Shown: piece after piece, positions 16,522 to 25,673 of the stretch
Layout of the letters: every line of letters begins with the position of its first letter
How positions within the stretch are numbered: the first letter of the stretch is position 1
The notes under the pieces: generated by a model
The model's input: the letters and a program-made list of their open reading frames with translations, nothing else
The model's database searches: none
What the model was told of the DNA's origin: nothing
Position numbers and translations under genes: made by a program
DNA from: Candidatus Rokuibacteriota bacterium
Lineage (GTDB): Bacteria > Methylomirabilota > Methylomirabilia > Rokubacteriales > CSP1-6
Direction: 5' to 3'
NCBI GenBank assembly: GCA_016179875.1
Contig: JACPCH010000021.1
Location: forward strand, 1-49,815
DNA length: 49,815 nt

Positions 16522-19005
16522 TCAAACCGGGCGCCGGACACCGGCCAGGGTCAGGAGCCCTACGCCGGCGGCCGCGGCCAGGGCCAGGGCCCAGTCGGCC
16601 GGGTGGAGCGGCTCGAGGTGGAGGAGGCGCGCGAGCGCCGGAGTCTGGATGAGCGCCCCGGAGAGCAGCCCGCCGCCGGCCGCGACGAGCCACGCCATCC
16701 GCGTGCGCAGACGCGAGAGGGCGGCGGTCAGGGCGGCGCCCGACAGCGTCAACACCGCCAGGGCCATCGCGCGGCCGTGCTCCAGGCGGCCGGCCTCGCC
16801 GAGGCTGGCCAGATAGCCCCCGGTGACGAGGACGGTGATCAGCGCGCCGACGGCGGCGATGGCCACCCAGTCGCGCCGTGAGAAGAAGCGCCCCGCGCGC
16901 CCGGCCGCCGGCCCGATCCGTCCCCCGGCCGGGAACTCCTGGAAGACGAGCAGCGCCGTCGGGTGGATCAGCAGCTCGAGCCACACGATGTGGGTGGGCA
17001 GGTAGAGGAGCGGGTAGCCGGCGAGCGGGATGAACGCGGCGGTGACGACGAGCGGGATGTGGATCATCAGGAGGTACTGGAAGGCGCGGCGGAGGTTCTC
17101 GAAGAGCTGCCGCCCCTCGCCGACGGCGCGGACGATCGTCGCGAAGTCGTCGTCGAGGAGCACGATCGCCGCCACCTCCCGCGCGCTCCGGGTGCCGCGC
17201 TCGCCCATGGCGATGCCGACGTCCGCGGCCTGGAGCGCCGGCACGTCGTTCACGCCGTCGCCGGTGACCGCGACGATCTCGCGCGCGTCCTGGAGGGCCC
17301 GCACGAGGGCGAGCTTCTGCGCGGGCGCCGCGCGCGCGATCACGTCCACGCCGCGGAGGCCCGCCCCCTCCCCGCGCGCGACGCGCCCGGCGATCTCGTC
17401 GCCGGCGATCACCGCGGGCGCGCCGCCCCCGAGCCCCACCTCGCGGGCCACCGCCAGCGCCGTCAGCGGATGGTCGCCCGTCACCATGATGGTGTGGATG
17501 CCGGCCTCGCGGCAGCGCGCGACGGCGCGGGCCACGCCCGCGCGCACCGGATCCTCGAACGCGAGGAGGCCGGCGAAGCGGTACTCGTGCGTGAGCTCGT
17601 CGGCGGGCTCGCCCGCCCACACCGCCGCGTCGAGGGGCCGCCACGCGCACGCGATGACCTTGTGGCCCTCGGCCGCCAGGTCGGTCATCCGCCGCTCCCA
17701 CGCGCCGCGGTCCGCCGGGGCGAGGGCGCACATGTCGAGCACGACCTCGGCCGCGCCCTTGGCCGCGGCGACGAGCGCGCCGTCGGCGTCGCGGACGATC
17801 GCCGTCTCGCGCTTGCGCCCCTCCGTGAACGGGAACGTCGCCAGGAGCTCGACGGCGCCGCCCGGCGCGCCGTCGCCGGCGGCGCGAAGGATCGAGGCGT
17901 CGAGCGGGTCGCCGCTCTCCTCGCGCGACGCGAGCGCGGCGACGCGCAGGAGGCGCGCGTCGTCGAGCCCGGGCGCCGGGAGGAGGTGGGTCAGGTGCAG
18001 GCGCCCCTCCGTGATCGTGCCCGTCTTGTCCGAGCAGATGCAGGTCAGGCGGCCGATATTTTCGACGGAGACCGCGCGGCGGACGAGCGCCTGGCGGCGC
18101 GCCAGACGGTACACGCCCACGCCGAGGAAGAACGTGAAGACCACCGGGAACTCCTCGGGGAGCGCGGCCGAGGCGAGCGTCACCGCGCTCACCAGCGCGT
18201 CGAGCCAGCCGTGTCCCTGGCGGAGGCGGGCCGCCGCCATGATCAGGCACAGCACGCCGGCGGCGGCGACGAGGACGGTCACGAGACTCCGGATCGCCGC
18301 CTGGAGCGGCGTGAGGGCGTGGGCGCCGCGCACCGCCGAGCGCACGATCTCGCCGTAGAGCGTCTCACCGCCGGTCCACGCCACCCGGAGCGCCGCGGCG
18401 CCCGTCAGGAGGCGCGTGCCGGCGAAGCCCCAGTGCTCGTGCTCGACGATCGGCTCGTCGCCGTCAGGCGGCGGCGCGCGGAGCGCCAGCTTGGCGACCG
18501 GGTACGCCTCGCCGGTCAGCGCCGACTCGTCGGCTTGCAGCTCCCGGCCGGCGACGATCACCCCGTCCGCCGGGAACGCCTCGCCCGTGGCGACCAGGAC
18601 CAGGTCGCCCGGCACGAGGTCGGCCGCCGCGACCTCGCGGGCGGCGCCGTCGCGCACCACGCGCGCCCGCGACGCGAGCCGGCTGGCGAGATCCTCGGTG
18701 GAGGCCTGGGTGCGGCGATGGAGGACCACGTCCATCCCGGCGAGCGGCAGGATGGCGACGACCAGCGTCAGCGCCTCCACGCCCTGGCCCACCGCGGCGT
18801 AGAGCGCGCTGGTGCCGGCCAGGAACCAGAGCATCGGGTCCTTCGCCGTGTCCCGCACGAGGTCCCGCCAGGCCGCGGGCGGGCGCTCGACGATGTCGTT
18901 GCGCCCGAAGCGGCGGCGCCGCTCGTCGGCCGCGGCGTCGCCGAGCCCCTGCTCCGCGAGCCACGCCTCGGGCAGCCGCGCGATCGGAAGCGGCCGGCGC
19001 AGCAT
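16522..19005 (-). CDS. cation-translocating P-type ATPase (P2/P3-like, not heavy-metal type)
   Basis: 827 aa with TGE (ALTGEAYP), phosphorylation site DKTGTIT and hinge TGDGVNDVPAL. The membrane motif is PEEFP (PEGL-like), not CPx. Confidence 0.9.
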   Translation of the reverse strand: MLRRPLPIARLPEAWLAEQGLGDAAADERRRRFGRNDIVERPPAAWRDLVRDTAKDPMLWFLAGTSALYAAVGQGVEALTLVVAILPLAGMDVVLHRRTQASTEDLASRLASRARVVRDGAAREVAAADLVPGDLVLVATGEAFPADGVIVAGRELQADESALTGEAYPVAKLALRAPPPDGDEPIVEHEHWGFAGTRLLTGAAALRVAWTGGETLYGEIVRSAVRGAHALTPLQAAIRSLVTVLVAAAGVLCLIMAAARLRQGHGWLDALVSAVTLASAALPEEFPVVFTFFLGVGVYRLARRQALVRRAVSVENIGRLTCICSDKTGTITEGRLHLTHLLPAPGLDDARLLRVAALASREESGDPLDASILRAAGDGAPGGAVELLATFPFTEGRKRETAIVRDADGALVAAAKGAAEVVLDMCALAPADRGAWERRMTDLAAEGHKVIACAWRPLDAAVWAGEPADELTHEYRFAGLLAFEDPVRAGVARAVARCREAGIHTIMVTGDHPLTALAVAREVGLGGGAPAVIAGDEIAGRVARGEGAGLRGVDVIARAAPAQKLALVRALQDAREIVAVTGDGVNDVPALQAADVGIAMGERGTRSAREVAAIVLLDDDFATIVRAVGEGRQLFENLRRAFQYLLMIHIPLVVTAAFIPLAGYPLLYLPTHIVWLELLIHPTALLVFQEFPAGGRIGPAAGRAGRFFSRRDWVAIAAVGALITVLVTGGYLASLGEAGRLEHGRAMALAVLTLSGAALTAALSRLRTRMAWLVAAGGGLLSGALIQTPALARLLHLEPLHPADWALALAAAAGVGLLTLAGVRRPV

Positions 19006-19014
19006 GGACGGGGC

Positions 19015-19155
19015 TCAGTGTGCCATGCCGCGGACCAGGTCCTCCGCCCAGGCGAGCCCGGCGAGCGCGCGGCGCGCGTCGGCGCGCGGCCACGCGTATT
19101 CGAAGATGACGGCGCAGTCCCCCGGGTGGAGCGCGCTGGCCGGCGGGACGGTCAC
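19015..19155 (-). CDS. hypothetical 46-aa protein, translationally coupled
   Basis: GTG 19155-19153 overlaps the dehydrogenase stop (GTGA), and the stop lies 9 nt before the ATPase start. Peptide VTVPPASALHPGDCAVIFEYAWPRADARRALAGLAWAEDLVRGMAH. No recognisable family. Confidence 0.3.
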   Translation of the reverse strand: MTVPPASALHPGDCAVIFEYAWPRADARRALAGLAWAEDLVRGMAH

Positions 19156-20039
19156 CGGCCGCGCGCGGCGTGCACCGTCACGCCGGCGGCGCGCTCGGCG
19201 GGCACGACGACCGCCGCCTGGTCGAGGTGGCCGAGGCCGAGCCGGCGCATCTCGTCGTAGCACTCGCGGGCGACGCCCGCGAGCCGCAGCCGCACCCTCA
19301 GCGCCTCGGCGGCGTCGAGCGCGCACTCGAGGTCCTTGGCCGCGAGGTCGGCGGTGAACGCCGCCTCGAAGGCGCGCGCGAGGATCGCCGGCGCCGCCTG
19401 CTCGAGGGCCCGGCTGCGTCCCGACGACGTCGAAAGCGCCGCGAACAGCTCGGCCGCGTCGAGGCCGCCCTTGACGCCGAGCACGAACGCCTCGGCGACG
19501 GCCGCGTAGGCGACGCCGGTGAGGATCTGGTTGCAGAGCTTGGCGAGGTGGCCGCTGCCGGCCGGGCCCAGGTGATGGACACGCGCGCCGAGCGTGTCCA
19601 GGACGGGGCGCACCCGCGCCAGCGCCGGCGCCTCGCCGCCGACCATGATCGTGAGCGTCCCCCGCGCCGCGCCCTCGGGGCCGCCGCTCACCGGCGCGTC
19701 GAGGTAGTGGACGCCGCGCGCGCCGAGGGCGGCGCCGATGCGCCGGCTGGTGGCGGGATCGATCGTGCTCATCTCGACGAGCACGGCGCCGGGGGCGAGG
19801 CCCGGCAGCAGCGCGGTGACCACGGCGACGACGTCGGCGGGCCGCGGCAGGCACGTCAGCACGCAGTCGGCGGCGGCCGCCAGCGCTGCCGGCGAGTCCG
19901 CCGCGGCCGCGCCCGCGGCCACCAGCGGCGCCGCCGCCGCGGGCCGGCGGGCCCACACCGCGAGCGGGAACCCGGCGGCCAGCAGGCGCCGCGCCATCGG
20001 CGCGCCCATGCGGCCGAGCCCGATCGCGCCGACACGCAT
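19152..20039 (-). CDS. NAD(P)-dependent beta-hydroxyacid dehydrogenase (3-hydroxyisobutyrate / 6-phosphogluconate dehydrogenase-like)
   Basis: Same frame as ORF 19152..20138, trimmed to ATG 20039 (MRVGAIGLGRMGAPMARRL, GxGxxG). DAPVSGG and GSGHLAKLCNQ motifs of the MmsB/GarR family. Confidence 0.85.
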   Translation of the reverse strand: MRVGAIGLGRMGAPMARRLLAAGFPLAVWARRPAAAAPLVAAGAAAADSPAALAAAADCVLTCLPRPADVVAVVTALLPGLAPGAVLVEMSTIDPATSRRIGAALGARGVHYLDAPVSGGPEGAARGTLTIMVGGEAPALARVRPVLDTLGARVHHLGPAGSGHLAKLCNQILTGVAYAAVAEAFVLGVKGGLDAAELFAALSTSSGRSRALEQAAPAILARAFEAAFTADLAAKDLECALDAAEALRVRLRLAGVARECYDEMRRLGLGHLDQAAVVVPAERAAGVTVHAARGR

Positions 20040-20171
20040 CAGGCGCAGCGCCCGAGGTACTCGGCGGCCAGGTCGACGCGCAGGCCGGTCGCGTTCATGG
20101 AGCGCGCAGGATAGCGCGCGCCCCGTCCCGGCCGCCATGCGCCGGACGGCTCAATCGCCTGAGACACGCGG

Positions 20172-20417
20172 ATGATTGAAGACGCCGGCGCCCGGGCGTA
20201 CGCTACGTGCGTGAGCTGTCGGGCTCTCTCGCCGCACCCGCGCGTCGCCGATCTCCTCACCGGGACCGAGGCCGCGGAGCTCGCGCGCGACCTCGCCGCC
20301 GCCGGCCGCCGCGACGACTTCCGGTGGTTCGCGCGCTCCCAGGGCGTGCCCGACGAACGGCTCGACGAGCTGTGGCGCCACCTGCGCCGCCCGCCTCCCG
20401 CGCTCTGGACGCTCTGA
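20172..20417 (+). CDS. hypothetical protein (81 aa)
   Basis: ATG-started ORF with strongly G/C-biased third positions, like the confident genes. No recognisable motif. Confidence 0.4.
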   Translation: MIEDAGARAYATCVSCRALSPHPRVADLLTGTEAAELARDLAAAGRRDDFRWFARSQGVPDERLDELWRHLRRPPPALWTL

Positions 20418-20419
20418 AG

Positions 20420-20445
20420 CGTTTGCACTAGAAAAACGACGCGCC
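20420..20445 (+). promoter_or_regulatory. 26-nt AT-rich motif shared with the tetR-operon promoter, copy 2
   Basis: The plus strand reads CGTTTGCACTAGAAAAACGACGCGCC, 75 nt upstream of the rrf2 start. Confidence 0.45.
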
Positions 20446-20519
20446 CGTCCGATTGATCGAGCCACCGCTGTGCGGTGTGATTCCAGGACGACAATGATCT
20501 CATTCGTCCCGGATCCCGC

Positions 20520-20963
20520 ATGCGGCTCACGCGCCAGGGCGACTACGCCGTCCGCGTAGTCGTCGACCTCGCCTCCCGGCCGGCCGGCGCGGTCGTCCCG
20601 CGCTCCAGCATCCAGGAGCGCCAGGACGTGCCCGCCGCCTACCTCGCGAAGATCGTGCAGGCGCTCGCCCGCGCCGGCCTCGTGCGCACGCATCCCGGCG
20701 CGCGCGGCGGCGTCGCGCTCGGCCGCCCGCCCGACCACATCCCGCTGAGGGACGTGATCGAAGCCGTGGAAGGTCCGATCCACCTGAACCGGTGCGTGGT
20801 CCGCCCCGACGCGTGCGCGCGGGACCGGTTCTGCTCCGTCCACCCCGTCTGGCTGCGCCTGCAGGCGCTGGTCACGCGCGAGCTCGAGGCGGTGACGATC
20901 GCCGCCCTCGCCCGGCCGCCCGCCCGCGCCGCCCTGGAGGCCGACGCCACCCTATGTTCCTGA
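20520..20963 (+). CDS. Rrf2 family transcriptional regulator (IscR/NsrR/BadM-like, three-Cys cluster site)
   Basis: MRLTRQGDYAVRVVVDLA N-terminal wHTH. Cys triad CVVRPDACARDRFC, typical of Fe-S binding Rrf2 proteins. Confidence 0.9.
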   Translation: MRLTRQGDYAVRVVVDLASRPAGAVVPRSSIQERQDVPAAYLAKIVQALARAGLVRTHPGARGGVALGRPPDHIPLRDVIEAVEGPIHLNRCVVRPDACARDRFCSVHPVWLRLQALVTRELEAVTIAALARPPARAALEADATLCS

Positions 20964-21634
20964 GCTGGCTCCCCGAGAACGTCTCGAGCTTCGGACGCGA
21001 CATCGACGGGATCATCGCGCTCATCTGGTACGTCACCCTGGCCTGGTTCGTCGCCACGATGGGCACCCTGCTCGTCTTCATCGTCCGCTACCGGCGGCGC
21101 CCGGGCCGGCCGGCCGGGTACGTGAAGGGCGACCGCTGGCGGGAGGCGGTGTGGGTCCTGGTGCCGTGCGTGCTGGTGCTCGTGCTGGACTTCTGGATGG
21201 ACTTCAAGGGCGCGCCGGTCTGGGCCAAGGTGAAGATCGACGTTCCGCAGTCCGATCTCCACATCAAGGTGACCGGCAAGCAGTTCAACTGGGTCGTCAG
21301 CTACCCCGGGCCCGACGGCACGTTCGACACCGCCGACGACAAGACGTTCCTCGACGAGCTGCACATCCCGGCGGGCAAGCCCGTCCGGCTCACGCTCGGC
21401 GCGCAGGACGTCATCCACAGCTTCTTCCTGCCGAACCTCCGCGTGAAGCAGGACGTCCTGCCCGGGCGGGCGATCCCGGCCTGGATCGACGCGATGAAGC
21501 CGGGCACGTACGAGCTGCCGTGCGCGGCCCTCTGCGGCATGGGGCACTCGGGCATGAAGGCGACGCTCGTCGTCCACGCGGCGGCCGACTGGGACACGTG
21601 GGTCGCCGCGCAGTGGTCAGGAGCGAAGCAATGA
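20954..21634 (+). CDS. coxB: cytochrome c oxidase subunit II (CuA, no fused cytochrome c)
   Basis: Same frame as ORF 20792..21634, trimmed to ATG 20954. Two N-terminal TM helices. CuA site HSFFLP...CAALCGMGHSGM. Confidence 0.9.
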   Translation: MFLSWLPENVSSFGRDIDGIIALIWYVTLAWFVATMGTLLVFIVRYRRRPGRPAGYVKGDRWREAVWVLVPCVLVLVLDFWMDFKGAPVWAKVKIDVPQSDLHIKVTGKQFNWVVSYPGPDGTFDTADDKTFLDELHIPAGKPVRLTLGAQDVIHSFFLPNLRVKQDVLPGRAIPAWIDAMKPGTYELPCAALCGMGHSGMKATLVVHAAADWDTWVAAQWSGAKQ

Positions 21635-23346
21635 GCCACGCGGCGACGCTGCCCCGGGTCCACGAGCCCCACGAAGCGGCCGGCTTCTTCCGGACCTATC
21701 TCTACGCCACCGATCACAAGACGATCGCCAAGCAGTACCTGCTGCTCGGCCTCCTCATGGCCGTCGTCGGGGGCTTCCTTTCCTACGCGATGCGCTGGCA
21801 GCTCGCGTGGCCGGACACCGAGGTGCCGGGCTTCGGCTTCGTCGGCCCGGAGACCTACAACGCCCTCGTGACCAACCACGGGACGGTCATGGTCTTCTTC
21901 GTGGCCATGCCGATCCTGCTCGGCTCGTTCGGCAACTTCCTGATCCCCCTGATGATCGGCGCGCGGGACATGGCCTTCCCGCGCCTCAACGCGCTCTCCT
22001 TCTGGCTGCTGGCGCTGGGCTCGGCGGTCCTCTGCGCGTCCTTCGTGGTGCCGGGCGGCGCCGCCTCCGCCGGCTGGACCGGCTACCCGCCGCTCAGCGC
22101 CAAGGCCGAGTACACCGGCGTCCACTGGGGCCTCACGCTCTGGCTCCTCGCCCACGCCATCGAGTTCGCCGCCTTCCTGCTCGGCGGCGTGAACTTCCTG
22201 ACGACGATCGTGACGATGCGCGCCCCCGGCCTCACCGTCGGCCGCCTGCCGCTCCTGATCTGGCAGCTGGCCACCGCGTCCATCCTCTTCCTGCTCTCGG
22301 TGGGCCCGCTCATCGCCGGCGCCGTCATGCTCCTGATGGACCGCCTGGTCGGCACCGGGTTCTTCCTGCCCGAGCGCGGCGGCGAGCCGCTCCTCTGGCA
22401 GCACCTGTTCTGGTTCTTCGGCCACCCCGAGGTGTACGTGGTGCTGCTGCCCGCGCTCGGCGCCTCCCTCGAGGTGTATCCCGTGTTCGCACGCAAGCCG
22501 ATCTTCGGTTACCGGCTGATCGTCTGGGCCACCATCGTCGCCGGCGCGCTCAGCTTCATCGTGTGGGCGCACCACATGTTCGTGAGCGGCATGGACCCGC
22601 GCCTGGCCATGCCGTTCAGCATCACGACGATCCTCATCTCGGTGCCGTTCGCGCTGGCGGTGTTCACGATGATCGCCTCGCTCTACCGGGGCTCGATCGC
22701 CCTCGAGCTGCCCATGCTGTGGGCGCTGGCGTTCCTGGCGATGTTCATCACGGGCGGGCTCACCGGCATCTTCCTCGGCTCGGCGCCCTCCGACATCTAC
22801 CTGAACGGCACCTACTTCGTCGTCGCCCACTTCCACTACACGCTGATCTCGGCCGTCATCTTCGGCGGCTTCGCCGGGATCTACTACTGGTTCCCGAAGA
22901 TGTTCGGCCGGATGCTGGGCACGCGGCTCGGCCAGCTCCACTTCTGGTCGACGCTGGCGTTCTTCAACCTGACGTTCTTCCCCCTGCACTGGATCGGCAT
23001 CGCCGGCATGGTCCGCCGCATCGCGAACCCGCTCCAGTACGACCTGGTGGCCCCGCACCAGTGGATCAACGTCTTCTCGACCGTCTCGCTCCTCGGGTTG
23101 ATCGCCGGCCAGGCCGTGTTCTTCCTGAACTTCTTCCTGAGCCAGTTCCGGGGCCGGCCGGCGCCGGCCAACCCCTGGCAGGCGACCACCCTCGAGTGGA
23201 CGGCGCCGTCGCCGCCGCCCCACGGCAACTGGGGCGCGGCGCTGCCGGCGGTCGAGCGGGGACCCTACGAGTACAGCGTGCCCGGCGCCGCGCAGGACTG
23301 GCTGCCGCAGCGGGCCGGCGCCGCCGTGCTGGGGAGCCGGTCATGA
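21631..23346 (+). CDS. coxA: cytochrome c oxidase subunit I (heme-copper oxidase, A-type)
   Basis: Same frame as ORF 21151..23346, trimmed to ATG 21631 (ATGA overlap). Motifs WFFGHPEVY, HHMF and VAHFHY. Confidence 0.95.
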   Translation: MSHAATLPRVHEPHEAAGFFRTYLYATDHKTIAKQYLLLGLLMAVVGGFLSYAMRWQLAWPDTEVPGFGFVGPETYNALVTNHGTVMVFFVAMPILLGSFGNFLIPLMIGARDMAFPRLNALSFWLLALGSAVLCASFVVPGGAASAGWTGYPPLSAKAEYTGVHWGLTLWLLAHAIEFAAFLLGGVNFLTTIVTMRAPGLTVGRLPLLIWQLATASILFLLSVGPLIAGAVMLLMDRLVGTGFFLPERGGEPLLWQHLFWFFGHPEVYVVLLPALGASLEVYPVFARKPIFGYRLIVWATIVAGALSFIVWAHHMFVSGMDPRLAMPFSITTILISVPFALAVFTMIASLYRGSIALELPMLWALAFLAMFITGGLTGIFLGSAPSDIYLNGTYFVVAHFHYTLISAVIFGGFAGIYYWFPKMFGRMLGTRLGQLHFWSTLAFFNLTFFPLHWIGIAGMVRRIANPLQYDLVAPHQWINVFSTVSLLGLIAGQAVFFLNFFLSQFRGRPAPANPWQATTLEWTAPSPPPHGNWGAALPAVERGPYEYSVPGAAQDWLPQRAGAAVLGSRS

Positions 23347-23909
23347 GCGCCACCACCCACGCGCACGCCACCGGCGCCGCCGAGCGCGGCAAGGTCGCGA
23401 TCTGGTGGTTCCTCGCTTCCGAGATCATGCTGTTCGGCGGCCTCATCTCGAGCTTCGTCATCTCCCGCCTGGGCGGCGGGGCCCAGGTCGACCACGGCCA
23501 CCTCAACGTCACGGTGGCCGCCGTCAACACGTTCATCCTCCTCTCCTCGAGCTACACGATGGTGGAGGCGTTCGGCTGCGCCGAGCGCGGCGACCGCCGC
23601 GCGATGCGGCTCTTCCTCGGGCTGACGGTGCTCGGCGGGCTCGCCTTCCTCGGCCTCAAGGCCTACGAGTACACCGGCGAGATCCTCCACGGCTTCACCC
23701 CGTGGGCGGGGACGTTCTGGTCGTTCTACTACACGATGACCGGGCTCCACGCGCTGCACGTGCTGATCGGCGTGATCGCCAACGCCACCCTCTGCGTGGC
23801 CGCGCGCCTGGGCCTCGAGCGCCCGTACCGCGTCGAGGTCGCGGGGCTCTACTGGCACTTCGTGGACATCGTCTGGATCTTCCTGTTCCCCCTCGTCTAC
23901 CTGTCGTGA
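23343..23909 (+). CDS. coxC: cytochrome c oxidase subunit III (short form)
   Basis: Same frame as ORF 21807..23909, trimmed to ATG 23343 (ATGA overlap). Motifs WWFLASEIMLFGG...YWHFVDIVWIFLFP. Confidence 0.9.
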   Translation: MSATTHAHATGAAERGKVAIWWFLASEIMLFGGLISSFVISRLGGGAQVDHGHLNVTVAAVNTFILLSSSYTMVEAFGCAERGDRRAMRLFLGLTVLGGLAFLGLKAYEYTGEILHGFTPWAGTFWSFYYTMTGLHALHVLIGVIANATLCVAARLGLERPYRVEVAGLYWHFVDIVWIFLFPLVYLS

Positions 23910-23916
23910 GGCGCCC

Positions 23917-24195
23917 ATGAACGGCACCGTGTTGACGCGCGGCTACGTGGTCATCTGGGGCTGGCTGCTCGTGCTGATGACGCTCTCCCTCTTCGCCAAC
24001 ACCCTGCCGGTGTCCCGGCCGGCGATCGTCACGCTGATGTTCGTGGTGGCGGCCGTGAAGGCCGTGCTGGTCGCGCTGCACTTCATGCACCTGCGGGTCG
24101 AGCGCTGGCTCATCTACGCCATCGCGATCGTCCCCGTGCTGCTCGTCTTCGGCCTGATGCTGGCGCTCTTCCCCGACTTCGTCTTCGCCCGGTGA
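23917..24195 (+). CDS. prokaryotic cytochrome c oxidase subunit IV family protein
   Basis: 92 aa, three hydrophobic helices, KAVLVALHFMHL motif typical of CoxD/CtaF-like small subunits. Confidence 0.75.
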   Translation: MNGTVLTRGYVVIWGWLLVLMTLSLFANTLPVSRPAIVTLMFVVAAVKAVLVALHFMHLRVERWLIYAIAIVPVLLVFGLMLALFPDFVFAR

Positions 24196-24767
24196 CGGCC
24201 GGGCCCGCGAGCCGCCCCCTGCCCGCGCTGCCCTCCCCGGCGTGGGTGGGCATGCTCTTCTTCGTGGGCGCGGAGGCGATGCTCTTCGGCGGCCTGCTCA
24301 TCGCGTTCCTCATCTTCCGCCTGGGAAGCCCGGTCTGGCCGCCGCTCGGCGAGCCGCGGCTGCCGCTCGGCGTGACCCTGGCCAATACCGCGATCCTGGT
24401 GGCGTCGAGCGTGGTGATGCGGCGGGCGGTGGCGCGCGCCCGCGCGGGCGCCGGAGCCGAGGCGCGCCGGGCCCTCGCGACGACGGCCGCCCTCGGCGTC
24501 ACGTTCCTCACGGTGCAGGGCAGCGAGTGGGTCCGGCTGGTGCGCTGGGGGCTCACGGCGACCTCGAGCCCCTACGGCGGGATCGTCTACGCGCTCCTCG
24601 CGGCTCACGGCGTCCACGTGCTGGCGGCGGTCGCCTGGCTCGTCGCGGTGGCGGTCCCCGGACGGCGCCCGCCCCCGCCCGCGCGGCGGCTCGAGGCGTG
24701 CGCGCTCTACTGGTCCTTCGTCTGCATCCTCTGGGTCGCGATCGTCGCCGTCGTCTACCTGGGCTGA
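24192..24767 (+). CDS. second heme-copper oxidase subunit III-like protein
   Basis: 191 aa, GMLFFVGAEAMLFGGL...LYWSFVCILWVAIVAVVYL mirrors subunit III motifs. GTG start overlaps the previous stop (GTGA). Confidence 0.7.
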   Translation: MTAGPASRPLPALPSPAWVGMLFFVGAEAMLFGGLLIAFLIFRLGSPVWPPLGEPRLPLGVTLANTAILVASSVVMRRAVARARAGAGAEARRALATTAALGVTFLTVQGSEWVRLVRWGLTATSSPYGGIVYALLAAHGVHVLAAVAWLVAVAVPGRRPPPPARRLEACALYWSFVCILWVAIVAVVYLG

Positions 24768-24774
24768 CCCCCGC

Positions 24775-25413
24775 TTACAGCAGCCGGTGCTTGCTGGCGT
24801 ACGCGACCGCCTCGAGGCGGCTGTGGACGCCGAGCTTGCCGAAGATGTTCTGCACGTGGTTGCGGACCGTGGCCGGGCTCACGTGCAGCTTCTCGGCGGC
24901 CGCCGCCGTGTTGAGGCCCTGCATCATGAGGCGCAGCACCTCGACCTCGCGGCGGGTCAGCGCCGAGGCGGCCTCGGGGCGCTCGCCGTTCGGCGGCCCG
25001 GCGAGCCGGTCGTGCACGAGCGTCAGGAGCTCCTTCGTCGCCGTCACGTCGCGGAAGAGGTGGACGGTCAGCGGGCCGCTCCGCCCGTTGGGCGGCGTGA
25101 CGAGGATGCTGACGTTGATCCAGATCGGCTTGCCGGCCTTCGAGCGCGTGTGCATGTCGAAGCTCTGGATCGGATCGCCGAGCTTCACGAGGTTCTGGAC
25201 GTGGCAGCCCTGGTAGCAGAGCCGGTTGCCGGCGTCGTCCACGCCGACGAAGACGTCGCAGCACGGGCGGCCCACCACCTCGCGCGCGGTGTAGCCGAGG
25301 ACCCGCTCGGCGGTCCGGTTCCACAGGACGATCCGCCCGTCTCCGCCGATCACGAAGGCGCCGTCGCCGGCCCGGGCCAGCGCCTGGTCGAGGCCCGACT
25401 CAATGGCGGGCAT
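24775..25413 (-). CDS. PAS-domain LuxR-family transcriptional regulator
   Basis: N-terminal PAS (GRIVLWNRTAERVLGYTAREVVGRP). C-terminal LuxR HTH (LTRREVEVLRLMMQGLNTAAAAEKLHVSPATVRNHVQNIFGKLGV). Confidence 0.9.
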   Translation of the reverse strand: MPAIESGLDQALARAGDGAFVIGGDGRIVLWNRTAERVLGYTAREVVGRPCCDVFVGVDDAGNRLCYQGCHVQNLVKLGDPIQSFDMHTRSKAGKPIWINVSILVTPPNGRSGPLTVHLFRDVTATKELLTLVHDRLAGPPNGERPEAASALTRREVEVLRLMMQGLNTAAAAEKLHVSPATVRNHVQNIFGKLGVHSRLEAVAYASKHRLL

Positions 25414-25525
25414 GGCGTTCGTACACCGGGCCGGCGAGCGCGGTCGAGAGGGCGTATGGCCCGCCGGCGAGCCCTGGATTCAGGAAGGGACACACCGCTG
25501 TCTCCACATCAGCCATCGTCATCAT
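25400..25525 (-). CDS. 41-aa CPFL-motif mini-protein (hypothetical)
   Basis: Own translation: MMTMADVETAVCPFLNPGLAGGPYALSTALAGPVYERHARH. GAAGGAGG lies 7 nt upstream of ATG 25525. It sits about 30 nt downstream of a sigma54-like promoter and overlaps the PAS-LuxR start by 14 nt. It shares the CPFL motif with the 28194-28660 proteins. Confidence 0.4.
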   Translation of the reverse strand: MMTMADVETAVCPFLNPGLAGGPYALSTALAGPVYERHARH

Positions 25526-25554
25526 GCGCTTACCTCCTTCTGGCGGCGGATGCC

Positions 25555-25570
25555 TGCGAGCTTCGTGCCA
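25555..25570 (-). promoter_or_regulatory. sigma54-like -24/-12 promoter P3 (weaker -12)
   Basis: The minus strand reads TGGCAC-GAAGC-TCGCA. GG-N10-GC spacing is kept, with TCGCA instead of TTGCA. It is about 30 nt upstream of the ATG at 25525. Confidence 0.5.
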
Positions 25571-25655
25571 GCAACCGACGCTCGATCTTTCAAGGGTTTC
25601 GGAATCGGCAGCGCACCGTTCGCGGCACCGTCTGGGGCGGCGACGCCCCACCCGG

Positions 25656-25673
25656 CTGGGTCGCATGACCCAG
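25656..25673. promoter_or_regulatory. perfect palindrome CTGGGTC-GCAT-GACCCAG upstream of P3
   Basis: 7-bp arms and a 4-nt spacer, about 95 nt upstream of P3. The half-site G(A/T)CCCA resembles the core of the 13-mer GTCCCA. Confidence 0.35.

Noticed and set aside
16490-19260. ORFs 16490..18250 (-), 16963..19260 (+), 17030..18358 (+) and 18464..19093 (-) overlapping the P-type ATPase
   Set aside because: They are alternative frames of a gene with complete P-type ATPase motifs (TGE, DKTGT, TGDGVND). Their composition is Arg/Pro/Gly-dominated and not protein-like.
21301-23223. 640-aa minus-strand ORF opposite coxA, and the 700-aa plus ORF 21807..23909
   Set aside because: The first is antisense to an unmistakable cytochrome oxidase subunit I, with low-complexity R/E/D/G composition. 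Only the last 188 codons of the 700-aa ORF (from ATG 23343) correspond to subunit III.
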